Assembly (NCBI GenBank): GCA_951406725.2
Contig: OX597820.1
Span: forward strand, 18,538,001-18,602,000
Origin: Octopus vulgaris
Taxonomy: Eukaryota
Reading direction: 5' to 3'
DNA: 64,000 bases
Position numbers and translations under genes: made by a program. Positions 25,797 through 38,100 of this stretch are shown one piece after another. Within the stretch, counting starts at the first letter, position 1. Each line of letters opens with the position of its first letter. A model generated the notes under the pieces. That model searched no databases. It had not been told where the DNA came from and was given only the letters and a program-made list of their open reading frames with translations.

Positions 25797-26085
25797 TGAC
25801 ATCAACCATGTTTGGATGGTGCTTTTTATGTGCCACCGGCACAGGAGTGAGTCAGGCAGCACTGGCATCGACCATGTTCAGATGGTGCTTTTTACACACT
25901 ACCAGCACAGAAGCCAGTCGAAGCAGGGAGGTTGGCATCGACCATGTTCAGATGGTGCTTTTTACGTGCCACAGGCATGGGGAGCCAGTCAGGCAACCCT
26001 GGCAATGACCCACACATGCATGGTGCTCATTGTGTGCCACCAGCATGGGAGCCAGTCAGATGACATTGGCATTGGCCACAACTAC
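25797..26085. repeat. ~70-bp tandem repeat x4 derived from a SINE-D segment
   Basis: GGCATCGACCATGTTCAGATGGTGCTTTTTA.GTGCCACC.GCA.GGGAGCCAGTCAGG units. Confidence 0.85.
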
Positions 26086-26144
26086 AATTTACATTTGATT
26101 GTGATTTGATTTGATTATGATTTTGATTTTGATTTCTGATTTCA

Positions 26145-27005
26145 AAATTCCACTGAACTCGACTTTGCTTTACATCTTTTCAAGATAAATAGGATATGTA
26201 CCAGTTGAGTACTGGGGTCGATGTGATTGACATAACTCCTGCCCCAAAATTGCTGGCCTTGTGCCAAAACGTGAAACCTATATTTATATCTAAAGGCAGT
26301 GAGCTGGCAGAATCATTAGCAAGCTGGACAAAAGGCTTAGCGGTATTTCATCGGTCTTTACGTTCTGAGTTCAAATTCTGCTGAGGATGACTTTGCCTTT
26401 CATCCTTTTGGGGTCGGTAAAATGACTACCAGTTTAACACTGGGGTCGATATAATTGACTTACACCTTCTTCCAAAACTGCTGGCCTTGTGCCAAAATTT
26501 GGAACCAATATTTACTTGCTATTATTTTATAGCTATAGAAAGGTGGTGAGCCGGCAGAATCGTTAGCACGCTTGACGAAATGCTTAGTGGTATTTCCCCT
26601 GTCGAAGGCTGCAAGCTGGCAGAAACGTTAGCACGCCAGGTGAAACGCTTAGCAGTATTTCGTCTGCCGTTACGTTCTGAGTTCAAATTCCACCGAGGTC
26701 GACTTTGCCTTTCATCCTTTCAGGGTCGATAAATTAAATACCAGTTACGCACTGGGGTCGATGTAATCGACTTAATCCATTTGTCTGTCCTTGTTTGTCT
26801 TCTCTGTGTTTAGCCTCTTATGGGTAGTAAAGAAATAGGTATTTCACCTGTCGCTATGTTCTGAGTTCAAATTCTGCCAAGGTAAACTTTGCCTTTCATC
26901 CTTTTGGGGTCAACAAATTAAGTACCAGTGAAACACTGGGGTCAATGTAATCGACTCATCCCCTTCACTAAAATGGCTGCCTTTCTGGCAAAATTTGAAA
27001 CCATT
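26145..27005 (+). mobile_element. Cluster of 4-5 same-orientation family-A SINEs, one nested
   Basis: Repeated heads at ~26293, 26540 and 26605, plus repeated central domains. Confidence 0.85.
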
Positions 27006-27211
27006 ATTTATAGCTATAGTAGAAGATACTTGCCGAAAGTACCATGCAGTAGGATTGAACTGAAAACCACATAGTTGGGAAGCAAACTTCTTAACCACAC
27101 AACCACATCTGTACCTATTACTACTCATGTCTATCCATGATTGCACCACCCTGTGCAGTCTGCACATCTTATGCATACCATGGTACGCCATAGCAATGCA
27201 TCCTTTTAAAT

Positions 27212-28296
27212 TTAATCCTTTTTGTAACACATTTCTGTTGAAATATTCTGCCTTTGTTCTAATTAATTTCTGAAAATGATTAAGAATTTAGTGAAAAAAA
27301 TAACTTCATCAAAATCAAGCTGGTGTTTGAAACAGAAGCGAATAGAAGGTTTATAATTTAAATTGCTTTAAAATAAGAAGTTTTTATCATAGAACCAGGA
27401 TTTGTCTCATGCGAGTTGGTATCAAAAGGGTTCACTCCTTTTTTTATCATATTTCCATTGAAATCTACCATCTTTGTTTCAATCAATTTTTGAGAATAAT
27501 GAAGAATTTAGTAAAATGAGAGTCAATATTAAGCTGATTTTGGAACATAAAATTAACTTGAAATTTTGATGGGAGACTTAGTATTGGATTACCTTAAAAC
27601 AGGAACTTTCTACCGTAGAATCAGGAGCAGTTTCAGGAAGGTTTGTATCAAAAGGGTTAACACCTTTGTTACCATGTTTCTCTTGAAATATGTCTTTGTC
27701 TCAATTAATTTTCAAAATAATTAAGAATTAAGTAAAATATCTGTCAGTTGTAAATCAAGGCATAGGAGTGGCTGTGTGGTAAGTAGCTTGCTTACCAACC
27801 ACATGGTTCTGGGTTCATTCCCACTTCATGACATCTTGGACAAGTGTCTTCTGCTATAGCCTTGGGCCAACCAAAGCCTTGTGAGTGGATTTGGTAGACG
27901 GAAACTGAAAGAAGCCCGTCGTATATATGTATATATGTATGTGTGTGTGTATATGTTTGTGTGTCTGTGTTTGTCCCCACCAACATCGCTTGACAACCGA
28001 TGCTGGTGTGTTTACATCCCCGTAACTTAGTGGTTCGGCAAAAGAGACCAATAGAATAAGTACTAGGCTTACAAAGAATAAGTCCTGGGGTCAATTTGCT
28101 CGACTAAAGGCGGTGCTCCAGCATGGCTGCAGTCAAAAATTACTGAAACAAGTAAAAGAGTAATGTAAATAATATAAAATAATTTCGTCAACATAAAAGC
28201 AAATGTTTGGAACATGGAAAGTCTTATTTTAGATCACATTAAAACAGGAAACTGACCAAAGGTACCAGGGGGTACTCTTGGACAGGTTAGGTTAAG
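27212..28296. mobile_element. Head-to-tail trimer of a ~220-bp piggyBac-like MITE; third copy interrupted by a SINE B
   Basis: Units run TTAA-(C)CCTTT.G.TAC..GTATCAAAAGGG-TTAA. Junctions at 27431-34 (TTCA) and 27657-60 (TTAA). Confidence 0.75.
27757..28163 (+). mobile_element. Full-length SINE family B
   Basis: Complete from head to tail ..GCTCCAGCATGGCTGCAGTC..CTGAAACAAGTAAAAGAG. Confidence 0.92.
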
Positions 28297-28303
28297 ATGG
28301 TAG

Positions 28304-28924
28304 CGAGCTGGCAGAAACATTAGCACGCCGGGTGAAATGCATTGCCATATTTCGTCTGCCGTTATGCTCTGAGTTCAAATTCCGCTGAGGTCGACTTTGC
28401 CTTTCATCCTTTCAAGGTCGGTTAAATAAGTACCAGTTAAGCACTGGGGTCGATGTAATCGACTTAATCCGTTTGTCTGTCCTTGTTTGTCCCCTCTATG
28501 TTTAGCCCCTTGTGGGTAGTGGAAGCACTCCGTCGGTTACGACGACGAGGGTTCCGGTTGATCCGAATCAACGGAACAGCCTGCTCATGAAATTAACGTG
28601 TAAGTGGCTGAGCACTCCACAGACACGTGTACCCTTAACGTAGTTCTCGGAGATATTCAGCGTGACACAGAGAGTGACAAGGCCAGCCTTTTGAAATACA
28701 GGTACAACAGAAACAGGAAGTAAGAGTGAGAGAAAGTTGTGGTGAAAGAGTACAGCAGGGATCACCACCATCCCCTGCCGGAGCCTCGTGGAGCTTTTTA
28801 GGTGTTTTCGCTCAATAAACACTCACAACGCCCGGTCTGGGAATCAAAACCATGATCCTATGACCGCGAGTCCGCTGCCCTAACCATTGGGCCATTGCGC
28901 CTCCCCTTGTGGGTAGTAAAGAAA
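28304..28924 (+). mobile_element. SINE family A with 16-bp TSD, hosting a SINE C
   Basis: TAGGTTAAGATGGTAG at 28288-28303 and 28925-28940. Confidence 0.88.
28521..28903 (-). mobile_element. Full-length tRNA-derived SINE family C
   Basis: Minus-strand head GAGGCGCAATGGCCCAATGGTTAGGGCAGCGGACTCGCGGTC..GGTTTTGATTCCC. TSD CCCCTTGTGGGTAGT at 28506-28520 and 28903-28917. Confidence 0.9.
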
Positions 28925-29550
28925 TAGGTTAAGATGGTAGGGTGTGATCTGACAGAGATCTGAATGCTAACATTTATCAGGTTGAGCAACGACATCAAAG
29001 GGCATTCAAGGGTTCATATTTCTTTTACATAATTACACAAGTACACAAATAGTAGCATAATTCATATCTGCATCCATTTTTTTCCAACCAAGAATATACA
29101 CACACACACAACATCAGCCTTTCGGCTTCTAACCAGCGCCATGAGAAGATCGTTGTCTTCGTCTGCCGATAAAGGCATTTTTTTTCCAAAATACACCAGC
29201 TAAACTAATTTGTACTGTCTATAGTCGTAAGACACCCGCTGTTTTTGTCCTGTTTTTACTATTATTGTTTTTTGTATTTTATATTCGTGTGGTATCGTCC
29301 GTTTTTCTGTCCTTGTTTCGTATACATTCGATCCTTTTTCCAAGAAATCTAATGCTTGTAGCTTAGTTTTTCCTTGGAGCTGGCCAGATCGGAGCGATCT
29401 CAAGATTAATCAGCCGAAATTGCTAGGATGATCCGGTTCTTGACTGAAGATTGAAAGCTTTGAATGTCCCATCCGTGTTTTTTGTATTGTCTTCTAAATG
29501 TTTTACGTTCTTGTCCCAGTTTGTATTTTTCTACATATAATATATATATA

Positions 29551-29750
29551 CCGGAGTAAACACATAAATGTGAAACAAGGTGGAAAAAAGAGTACTCAAA
29601 TACCAGTGGTAAAGTAATATGCTTTATTTAAAGCAGCAGAAAATTCAACAAAACCTGTTACTCTAAGTTTCCCGTTGCCGTTCGTCGGACAGTTTTTGCT
29701 AGCAAAAACTCAGAGTAACAGGTTTTGTTGAATTTTCTGCTGCTTTAAAT
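29551..29750. mobile_element. Penelope-LTR-like inverted-repeat fragment with decayed hammerhead (29655-29692, - strand)
   Basis: IR TTTAAAGCAGCAGAAAATTCAACAAAACCTGTTACTCT. Minus strand: ctgt|CCGACGA|ACG-gcaa-CGG|GAA|ACTtagAGT|A|acag. Same family at 53673-53851 and 57481-57553. Confidence 0.65.
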
Positions 29751-29754
29751 ATAG

Positions 29755-29792
<38 letters not shown>

Positions 29793-30454
29793 GACAGGCT
29801 TCTTCCATCTACCAAATCCGCTCACAAGGTTTTGATCAGGAGACACTTACCCTCGGTGTCACATGCAGTAGGACTCAACCCTGAACCATGTGGTTGGGAG
29901 GCAAGTTTCTTACCACACAGCCACACTTGCGCCTATAGCCACGCCTAAAGTTGATTTCCCTGCCTTTGTCTTTGTGAGGTTGATAAAATAAGTTACCATC
30001 CAAGTTGGTTGTGTCACTTGAGCCAACTTAACTGACATCTCCAAAATAAATGGTCTTCTGCCAAAATTAGAAATCAATAATTCTAAATTCTGTAATATAT
30101 CTGTTTATTTTGCTTTGTTTTATTTTATTATTATTATTTTTTTTTGCTATATTTTATTTTGCTATGTTTTGCTTCTTTTATTAATATTTTTACATTTCGT
30201 TCTTCTGTTTTTTTCTTCGTTTTTTTTTATTTTTCTTTCTTTCCTTTCAGAATTTTCGAGATAATTATATATTGCAACTTAGGAAGGAGGATTGATTATC
30301 GTTATGCTTAAAAAAAAAAAAAAAAATTCAATTTTATTACTTTCGTGATTTTGTTACTGAGCTTCAAATATTCAATATCAATTACGTTAATTTTTCCACT
30401 CACTATTCCTGGGAGGGTCATGGTGGGAGTGTCCTCAGTCAGGCATCTACTGTT

Positions 30455-31056
30455 ACCTTCTGAGTTCAAATTCCGCCAAGGTCAACTTTGCCTTTCATCC
30501 TTTCAGAGTCAATTAAATAAGTACCTATTTCTTTACTACCCACAAGGGGCTAAACATATAAGGGACAAACAAGGACAGACAAACGGATTAAGTCGATTAC
30601 ATCGACCCCAGTGTGTAACTGGTACTTAATTTATCGACCCCGAAAGGATGAAAGGCAAAGTCGACCTTGGCGGAATTTGAACTCAGAACATAACAGCAGA
30701 CGAAATACAGCTACGCATTTCGCCCGGCATGCTAACATTTCTGCCAGCTTGCTGCTCGCCTCAATTAAATAAGTACCAGTTACACACTAGGGTCGATGTA
30801 ATCGACTTAATCCCTTTGTCTGTCTTTGTTTGTCTTCTCTGTATTTAGCCCCCTGTGGGTAGTAAAGAAATAGGTATTTCATTTGCTGTTACGTTCTGAG
30901 TTCAAATCCGCCGAGGTTGACTTTGCAGTTCATCCTTTCATGGTCAATAAAATAAGTACCAGTTACACACTGGGGTCGATGTAATCGACTTTATCTCTTT
31001 GTCTGACCCTGTTTGTCCCCTTTATGTTTAGCCCCCTGTGAGCAATAAAGAAATAA
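30455..31056 (+). mobile_element. Family-A SINE dimer with an inverted family-A copy (30526-30760) inserted
   Basis: 17-bp TSD TCAATTAAATAAGTACC at 30509-30525 and 30761-30777. Confidence 0.9.
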
Positions 31057-31298
31057 TTTATAAAGGGGCTGGTATAGGTTTCTTATATAGCTTTAATAGT
31101 TCTCAGAACAAAAGGAGTGGTTTCATGGTTTGGGTATTTGGCTCACGATTGTGAGGTCATGAGTTCAATTTCTAACCATGCATTGTGTCCTTGAGGAAAA
31201 CTCAGTATTTCTCATTCCTCCAGCCCACTTTTTTTTTTTAGCTAGTCTTCTACTATTGCTCAGAATCAACCAAAGCCTTGTGAGTGGATTAGTTAGAT

Positions 31299-31806
31299 TA
31301 GGGATCCTCAAACCTTTTAAACCACTGACTCCTTCACGAAATCCTTAACTCCCTCATTGACACCTTCATGGAATCCTTGACCCCTCATCAACCCCTTCAT
31401 AGAATCCTTGAACCCCATCATTGACACTATCATGGAATCCTTGAACCCTCATCAACCCTTTCATGGAATCCTTAACTCGCTCATCGATCCCTTCATGGAA
31501 TCCTTTGCCCCTCATTGACCTCTTCATGGAATCCTTGACCTCCCATTGATCACTTCATGGAATCCTTGACCCCTCATCAACCCCTTCATGGAATCCTTGA
31601 CCTCCTCATTGATCACTTCATGGAATCCTTGAACTCTTCAGCAACCCCTCCATGGAATCCTTGCTCCCCCATCGCCCACCCCCCAGGCATGTACAAAATA
31701 ATAAATAAATAATAATAATTATAATTAAGTAGATGTGCATTTATTGATCCCTTGAATATTCCCATCGACCCCCAGGGGTTGATATTGATCACTTTGGAGA
31801 CCCCTG
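31299..31806. mobile_element. hAT-like MITE carrying an 11-unit ~31-bp minisatellite, inserted in a SINE
   Basis: Ends TAGGGATCCTCAAAC / ACTTTGGAGACCCCTG. Degenerate 8-bp TSD AGTTAGAT / GGGTAGAT, matching SINE-B TGGTAGAT. Unit CTTCATGGAATCCTTGACCCCTCATTGACCC. Confidence 0.8.
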
Positions 31807-31889
31807 GGGTAGATGGAAATTGAAAGTAGTTTGTCATATATACATAAACTGCTGATGCTTCATTGGTTTCAACAATGAAGGTTCTAGGT

Positions 31890-32110
31890 AATCCGATCAA
31901 TGGAATATCTTGATCATGAAATTAACATGCATGTGGCTGAGTACACCACAGACATGTGTATCCTTAATGTAGTTCTCAGGGAGAGTCAGCATGACACAGA
32001 ATGCATAACAAGGCCGGTCCTTCGAATTACCAGTACAACTTGCTTTTAGCTGCGTAAACTGGAGCAACACAAAATAAAGAGTCTTGCTCAAGAAACACAA
32101 CATGCTGCCA
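31890..32110 (-). mobile_element. SINE with family-C tail but a different body
   Basis: Tail matches ~28560-28710. The body diverges after GTACAAC. Confidence 0.7.
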
Positions 32111-33186
32111 GATCCATAGTTTTGAAGAACTCTGGTATTTTCGTTTCGGGTGGGAGGTGGGCGGGCGTGGGGGCGGGGGGTGGAGAGGGAACCAGTTTTG
32201 TCATCCCCTTTAGTAAGTTATTCAGGTGTTAATTCTCGACTGTTTATAAATTCATCGAATGCCGTTTGCCACAGCTTCATGAATACTTGGTTTAAGTATT
32301 TTCAGCCAGAAATTGGGAGATTTTTGTCAATTCCTGAAGCTTTTGCAGTTGTTTACAATCTTTACATCGTGTTGCTGAATTCCTCACTAGATACATGGAA
32401 CCAAGATCGCAGCATTATTGCATTTCTCTCATCCCTTTATCTTCTAATCCATTATGCCTTTTGATTATGCTGAATATTTCGGTTTGATATTTTTCTCCCA
32501 ATATGTTTGAATATTTGGTGATGTTAGTGTGTCATATAGCATTATGTTGGTTTTTTTTTTTGGCTGATATCTCTGTGAAACCCTTTTTATTCATTTTTTT
32601 TTTGTTTTTTTTTTTGCAGAAGGTATTTGTTTTTGAATAACTTATCCTCATGAAAGAAGCACTCATGCTTTTCAAAGCATCTTATCCCACATGCATGACT
32701 TAGCTGATATGATTTCTTTAAGTTTATTATTAATTTTATCATCATTTCTTTTTTTTCTTTTCTTCTGTTTATTTTTTTGGGGTTTTTTTTTTGTCAGTTC
32801 GATGCAATTTTCCACTGCACCACCTGTGCAACTGATATCTTCCTGATATGTGCATGTATTTCAGGAATTTTTTTTTTTTGTAGTGTAGATTTGTGATTGT
32901 ATGCTACACATGCCATACATCTCAGTGGCAGATTCTTCCTTGTTTACAGTGTTACTTCAGTGTTTCGCCTGCATAGAATATATCCTCTCTGAGTTGAGAG
33001 ATTTTGTTGAATGGTGATTCTGTTTCATATGTGTTGGGTGGGTTGTATCAATATCAGGTGAAGTGAAGGTGCATGACTGAGTGGTTAGGGCATTTAGCTT
33101 TGTGATCGTAACAATAACGAGTTCAATTCCTGGCAGCGTGTTGTGTTCTTGAGCAAGACTTTATTTCACGTCGTCCTTCTCTGCTC

Positions 33187-33788
33187 ATCTTATTTCTTTA
33201 TTGCCCACAAGGGGCTACACACAGAAGGGACAAACAAGGACAGACAAATGAATTAAGTCGATCATATCGACCCCAGTGCATAACTGGTACTTAATTTATC
33301 AACCCTGAAAGGATGAAAGGCAAAGTTGTCCTCGGTGGAATTTGAACTCAGAACGTAGCGACAGACGAAATACCTATTTCTTTACTGCCCACAAGGGGCT
33401 AAACACAGAGAGGACAAATAAGGATAGACAAACGGATTAAGTTGATTATATCAACCCCAGTGCGTAACTGATACTTATTTAATCGACGCCGAAAGGATGA
33501 AAGCAAAGTCAACCTCGGCGGAATTTGAACTCAAAACGTAGCAGCAGACGAAATTCCTATTTCTTTCCTACCCACAAGGGCCTAAACACAGAGAGGACAA
33601 ACAAGGACAGACAAACAGATTGAGTCGATTATATCAACCCCAGTGCATAACTGGTACTATTTAATCGACCCCGAAAGGATGAAAGGCAAAGTCGACCTTG
33701 GTGGAATTTGAACTCAGAACGTAGCAGCAGACAAAATACCGCTAAGCATTTCGCCCGGTGTGCTAACATTTCTGCCAGCTTGCCACCT
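33187..33788 (-). mobile_element. Family-A SINE trimer (further partial copies at 34055-34460)
   Basis: Three ~185-bp body units with a single head at the right end. Confidence 0.9.
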
Positions 33789-34850
33789 TCTCTGCTCATC
33801 TGGCAAAAATGTGTAGTACCTGTATTTCAAAGGACCTGCCTTGTTACGTTCTCTGTCATGCTGAATCTCCTTGAGAGTTACACGAAGGGTACACATGCCT
33901 GTAGAATGCTCAATCATAAGTGCATTAATTTCATAAGCAGGCTGTCCCATTGGTCAAATCCACTGGAACCCCTCGACATTGTAATTGAGTCTAGGACATT
34001 TACACCATCCCCCACCTCCATGGACAATACACCCCTCCCAAGGACAATTCTTTTCTACTCAACACACAAGCCCCAAAATTTTTGGAATGGGGGCCAGTCA
34101 ATTAGACCGACCACAGTATACAACTGGTACTTAATTTATCAACCCTGAAAGGATGAAAGGCAAAGTTGACCTCGACGCAATTTGAACTCAGAACGTAAAG
34201 ACAGACGAAATACCACTAAGCATTTTGCCCAGTGTGCTAACGTTTCTGCCAGCTTGCCACCTTAATAATAATAATTATAATAATCCTTTCTACTCTAGGC
34301 ACAAGGCCTAAAATTTTGGGGGAAGGGGGGGCAGTTGATTAGATCGACCCCAGTACACAACTGGTACTTAATTTATTCGTTTCTACTCCAGACACAAGGA
34401 CTGAAATTTTGGGGGAGGAGGCCAGTCAATTAAATCGACCCCAATACGCAACTGGTGATGGTGGTGGTGGTGGTGGTGGTGGTGGTGGTGGTGGTGATGA
34501 TGGTGTTGATGATGATGATGATGATGAGGAGGAGGAGGAGGAGGAGGAGGATGTTGGTGATTATTTTCCAAGGAAGACAAAATTGCCGATGTAAGAATGC
34601 AGCACTTATCATGATATATATATATAACATGCCACGGAGAACAATTGGAACACAGCATCAGACTTTCCAACCCTTCAATTACTCTAATCACCACACCCAC
34701 TTCCTTCTCCATTGCTTGCCTAAGCAATTTCTATTCAACAACAGCTGACGTAAATGTTACTTGGCTGGCTGGTTGGTTGGTTGGTTGGTTGGTTGGTTGG
34801 CTAGCTGGCTGATTTCTCTAGTGATGCTTTACATTATATATAAAGAGAGA

Positions 34851-34903
<53 letters not shown>

Positions 34904-35523
34904 AGCAAAAGAGGAACAGGTCGAGCATCTTATGTATTTCTGAAAAATTATATATTTTGTTTTTTTTTTAATGAAATTTTGCCGAGATAGGTTTACAATG
35001 GAGTAGATAGTGATTATGCTGATAAAATTTAGGAAAATAATAGCATTTATTTATTGCAAATATACAAATGAGAAGTTTGTTATATTTGATATTAAGCTAA
35101 TAAATATTTTTCTTTTGAAAATTAGCATTTCATTCCATCATCTTGTTTTAGCATCAAGAAAATTTAATGAAATTTAAATTATTATTATTGCATATACACC
35201 CTTTGTATTTCTTGATATTATCCTTAGTGACAAAAGCATATTTATTAAAGTTAACTGTCGTCTTATGAGTAATACCCTAGTTTTAAAAAAAAATCTTTAT
35301 TTCATTCAAGATAATTTCATATTTTCAGTTGTTTATTCTGTGCTAGCATGAGTTAGAGGTGGAGTTAATTTGAGGTAAGGTTTTAGTGGCTGGCTTTCTT
35401 CTTGTCACTAACCCTTAATTGTTTCCAAGTGAAGGGCTTCAAAAACACAGAAATATCAACAAGAAATGTCAGTGTCACAGCTATTTCACACAAACATGGA
35501 AGATCAATATTCTCAACATTCAT

Positions 35524-35584
<61 letters not shown>

Positions 35585-35673
35585 GTTGAAATTTACAGTA
35601 AAGCAAAAGACAAAGACAGGTGTATAAACAACAAACAGGTGTATTAGTTTGATGCTCAGGAAGGTGAGAAAGT

Positions 35674-35709
35674 CTTTTACATTTCGAGCCTATGCTCTTC
35701 AACAGAAAG
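35674..35709 (-). ncRNA. Minimal hammerhead-like motif (A6U variant) in a Penelope-LTR-like fragment ~35583-35780
   Basis: cttt|CTGTTGA|A|GAGC-atag-GCTC|GAA|ATGT|A|aaag. Confidence 0.55.
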
Positions 35710-36406
35710 GAATAAGAGAAAATAAACAGAGAGAGAATAAAAAAAACTTGTGGATTTGGCGGTCAATCATGGTGACTGGTTGAACAATATATACAACGGG
35801 CTTCTTTCAGTTTCCCTCTACCAAATCCACTGTCAAGGCTTTGGTTGGCCCAAGGCTATAGTAGAAGACACTTGCCCAAGATGCCATGAAGTGGGACTGA
35901 ACCCAGAACCATGTGGTTGGGACACAAGATTCTTACCACACAGCCACTCCTGCACTTATGTAAACATCATCATCATTATCATCGTCATCATCCCCATCAT
36001 CATCATCACCATAATCATGATGATGATGATGATGGTGACCATGATGATGATGGTAATGATGACGATGACAACAGTGATAATGATGGAAACACCGTTTTTC
36101 AGTGAGTGTGAAACTGTATTTAGCATGAAATGCAAATAAGATTTCTCTTCCAGATTTCTCCGAGGCAGGCGCGGCCCTCGGCCCTCATGGCCGCATTCTC
36201 TCCGCAACGAATGACAATTCATATTTTTGGATGTCATTAGACAAGCAGAACTATATTAATATTTAATTGACTTGTGTAACGAAGTTTATTAAGCTCAACA
36301 TCGAAACACAACCAAGGCATGGATATTGAATAGTTTCTAATTAATCAACGTCACATTTCATTAAGACTTACCTTATATTGCTCTCCCTTTCACTTTCTCC
36401 TTCTCC

Positions 36407-36448
<42 letters not shown>

Positions 36449-37780
36449 GTATATATCTCTCTATCTAGTTATCTGTCTATTTATCTGTCTATCTGTCTAC
36501 CTCTCATATAGACGCACACATACAAGTGTTCCCATACACACACACATATACAATTACGCATGAATGCTCCTCATGCTCCATCCCTCCATCACCAACCATA
36601 CATCCTACTCTCCTTATACACTGTACTTGCCTCTTACTTTCTCTATCCCTCCTTCTCTCTCTCTTTCTTTTTATGTATATCTCTCTCCTTTCTCCCCTGC
36701 ATTCATTCTCTCTCACTCCTTCTTTCACTCAATCCCCTTCTCGCTTTTCCTCTCTCCCTCTTCCCCTCACTCTTTCTCAATCCCCTTCTCTTTCCCTCTT
36801 CCCCTCCCCCTCTCTCTCTTTCATCCCCCACCCACCATTTAATGCACCATCACCTCTATCCGACTGTCCTGCACCAGACACCCCTATACCTCCCACTCAC
36901 TTCTAATACCCCTGCCCTATTCATCCCTACCCACTTTGCACCCTGAAGGTCCACCCTGATACCCCCACACCAATTCACAGCTCCCTCCCACCCCCGTCAT
37001 TCCCTCTTCTAACACACATGCAGACATGCAACTCCACTTCAACAAAAATCCTCTTCTGCTCTGGCCCTTTTCTATCATGCTGTCCCCTTCTCTATTTCTT
37101 ATTCTCCTCACATAAAGCTCCACATCCCCAAAAGAGGTTTTCAGTTTTGCAAGCTGAATGGATGGAAACCCCACTGGTGCTGGTGCCATGAAAAAAAATG
37201 TACTTGGAACACGCTACAAGGTGGGTTGTGTTAGAAAAGGTTGGAGTTAGGGGTAGGGTTAGGAAGGGTATCCAACTGAAGTTGCCATGACAAAGCAAGA
37301 TGTCGGCAGTATGAAGCAGTCCCTGGGGTCATCAGACCCTGTCAAACCCATCCAATACATACCAGCAGGGAAGATGGGTATTGAATGATGATGATGATGA
37401 GGAGGAGGAGGAAGATAATGATGGTGATGATGACGATGACAATAATGATGATTATGGTGATGATGATGACAATAATGACCACAATGAGAATGATGGTGAT
37501 GATGACGATGATGACGATAGTGTTAACAATGATGATGATGATGAGGATGATAAAGAGAATGACGACGACGTTGATGATAGTGGTGGTGGTGGCAGTGGTG
37601 GTGGTGGTGGTTGTAGTGGTGGTGGCAGTGGTGGGGATGATATCTAAAGATATCTTTTCAATCATGACTATTACTTTGCCATATTTATTCCATTTCTCCA
37701 CTTTATTCTCTGCAATAAGAGACGTACAGACAGACAAACAGACACAGAGAGGAGAAACAGAAAGTGTGACTGATAGATAT

Positions 37781-37858
<78 letters not shown>

Positions 37859-37922
37859 GGAGAGACAGACAGACAGACACAGAGAGGAGAAACAGAAAGT
37901 GTGACTGATAGATAGATAGATG

Positions 37923-37960
<38 letters not shown>

Positions 37961-38001
37961 CAGATAGACAGACAGACAGATGGAGAGAGAGACAAAGTGA
38001 C

Positions 38002-38043
<42 letters not shown>

Positions 38044-38068
38044 GTAGGTAGGTAGGTAGGTAGGTAGG

Positions 38069-38100
<32 letters not shown>

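Noticed and set aside
28830-28903. tRNA gene
   Set aside because: It is the tRNA-derived head of a TSD-bounded SINE, with no complete acceptor stem.
29375-29470. Type-II hammerhead (CAGCCGAAA...CTGAAGA)
   Set aside because: Stems I and III cannot be formed convincingly.
37238-37268. Interstitial telomeric repeat
   Set aside because: Only about three degenerate TTAGGG-like units, inside a SINE-D fragment.
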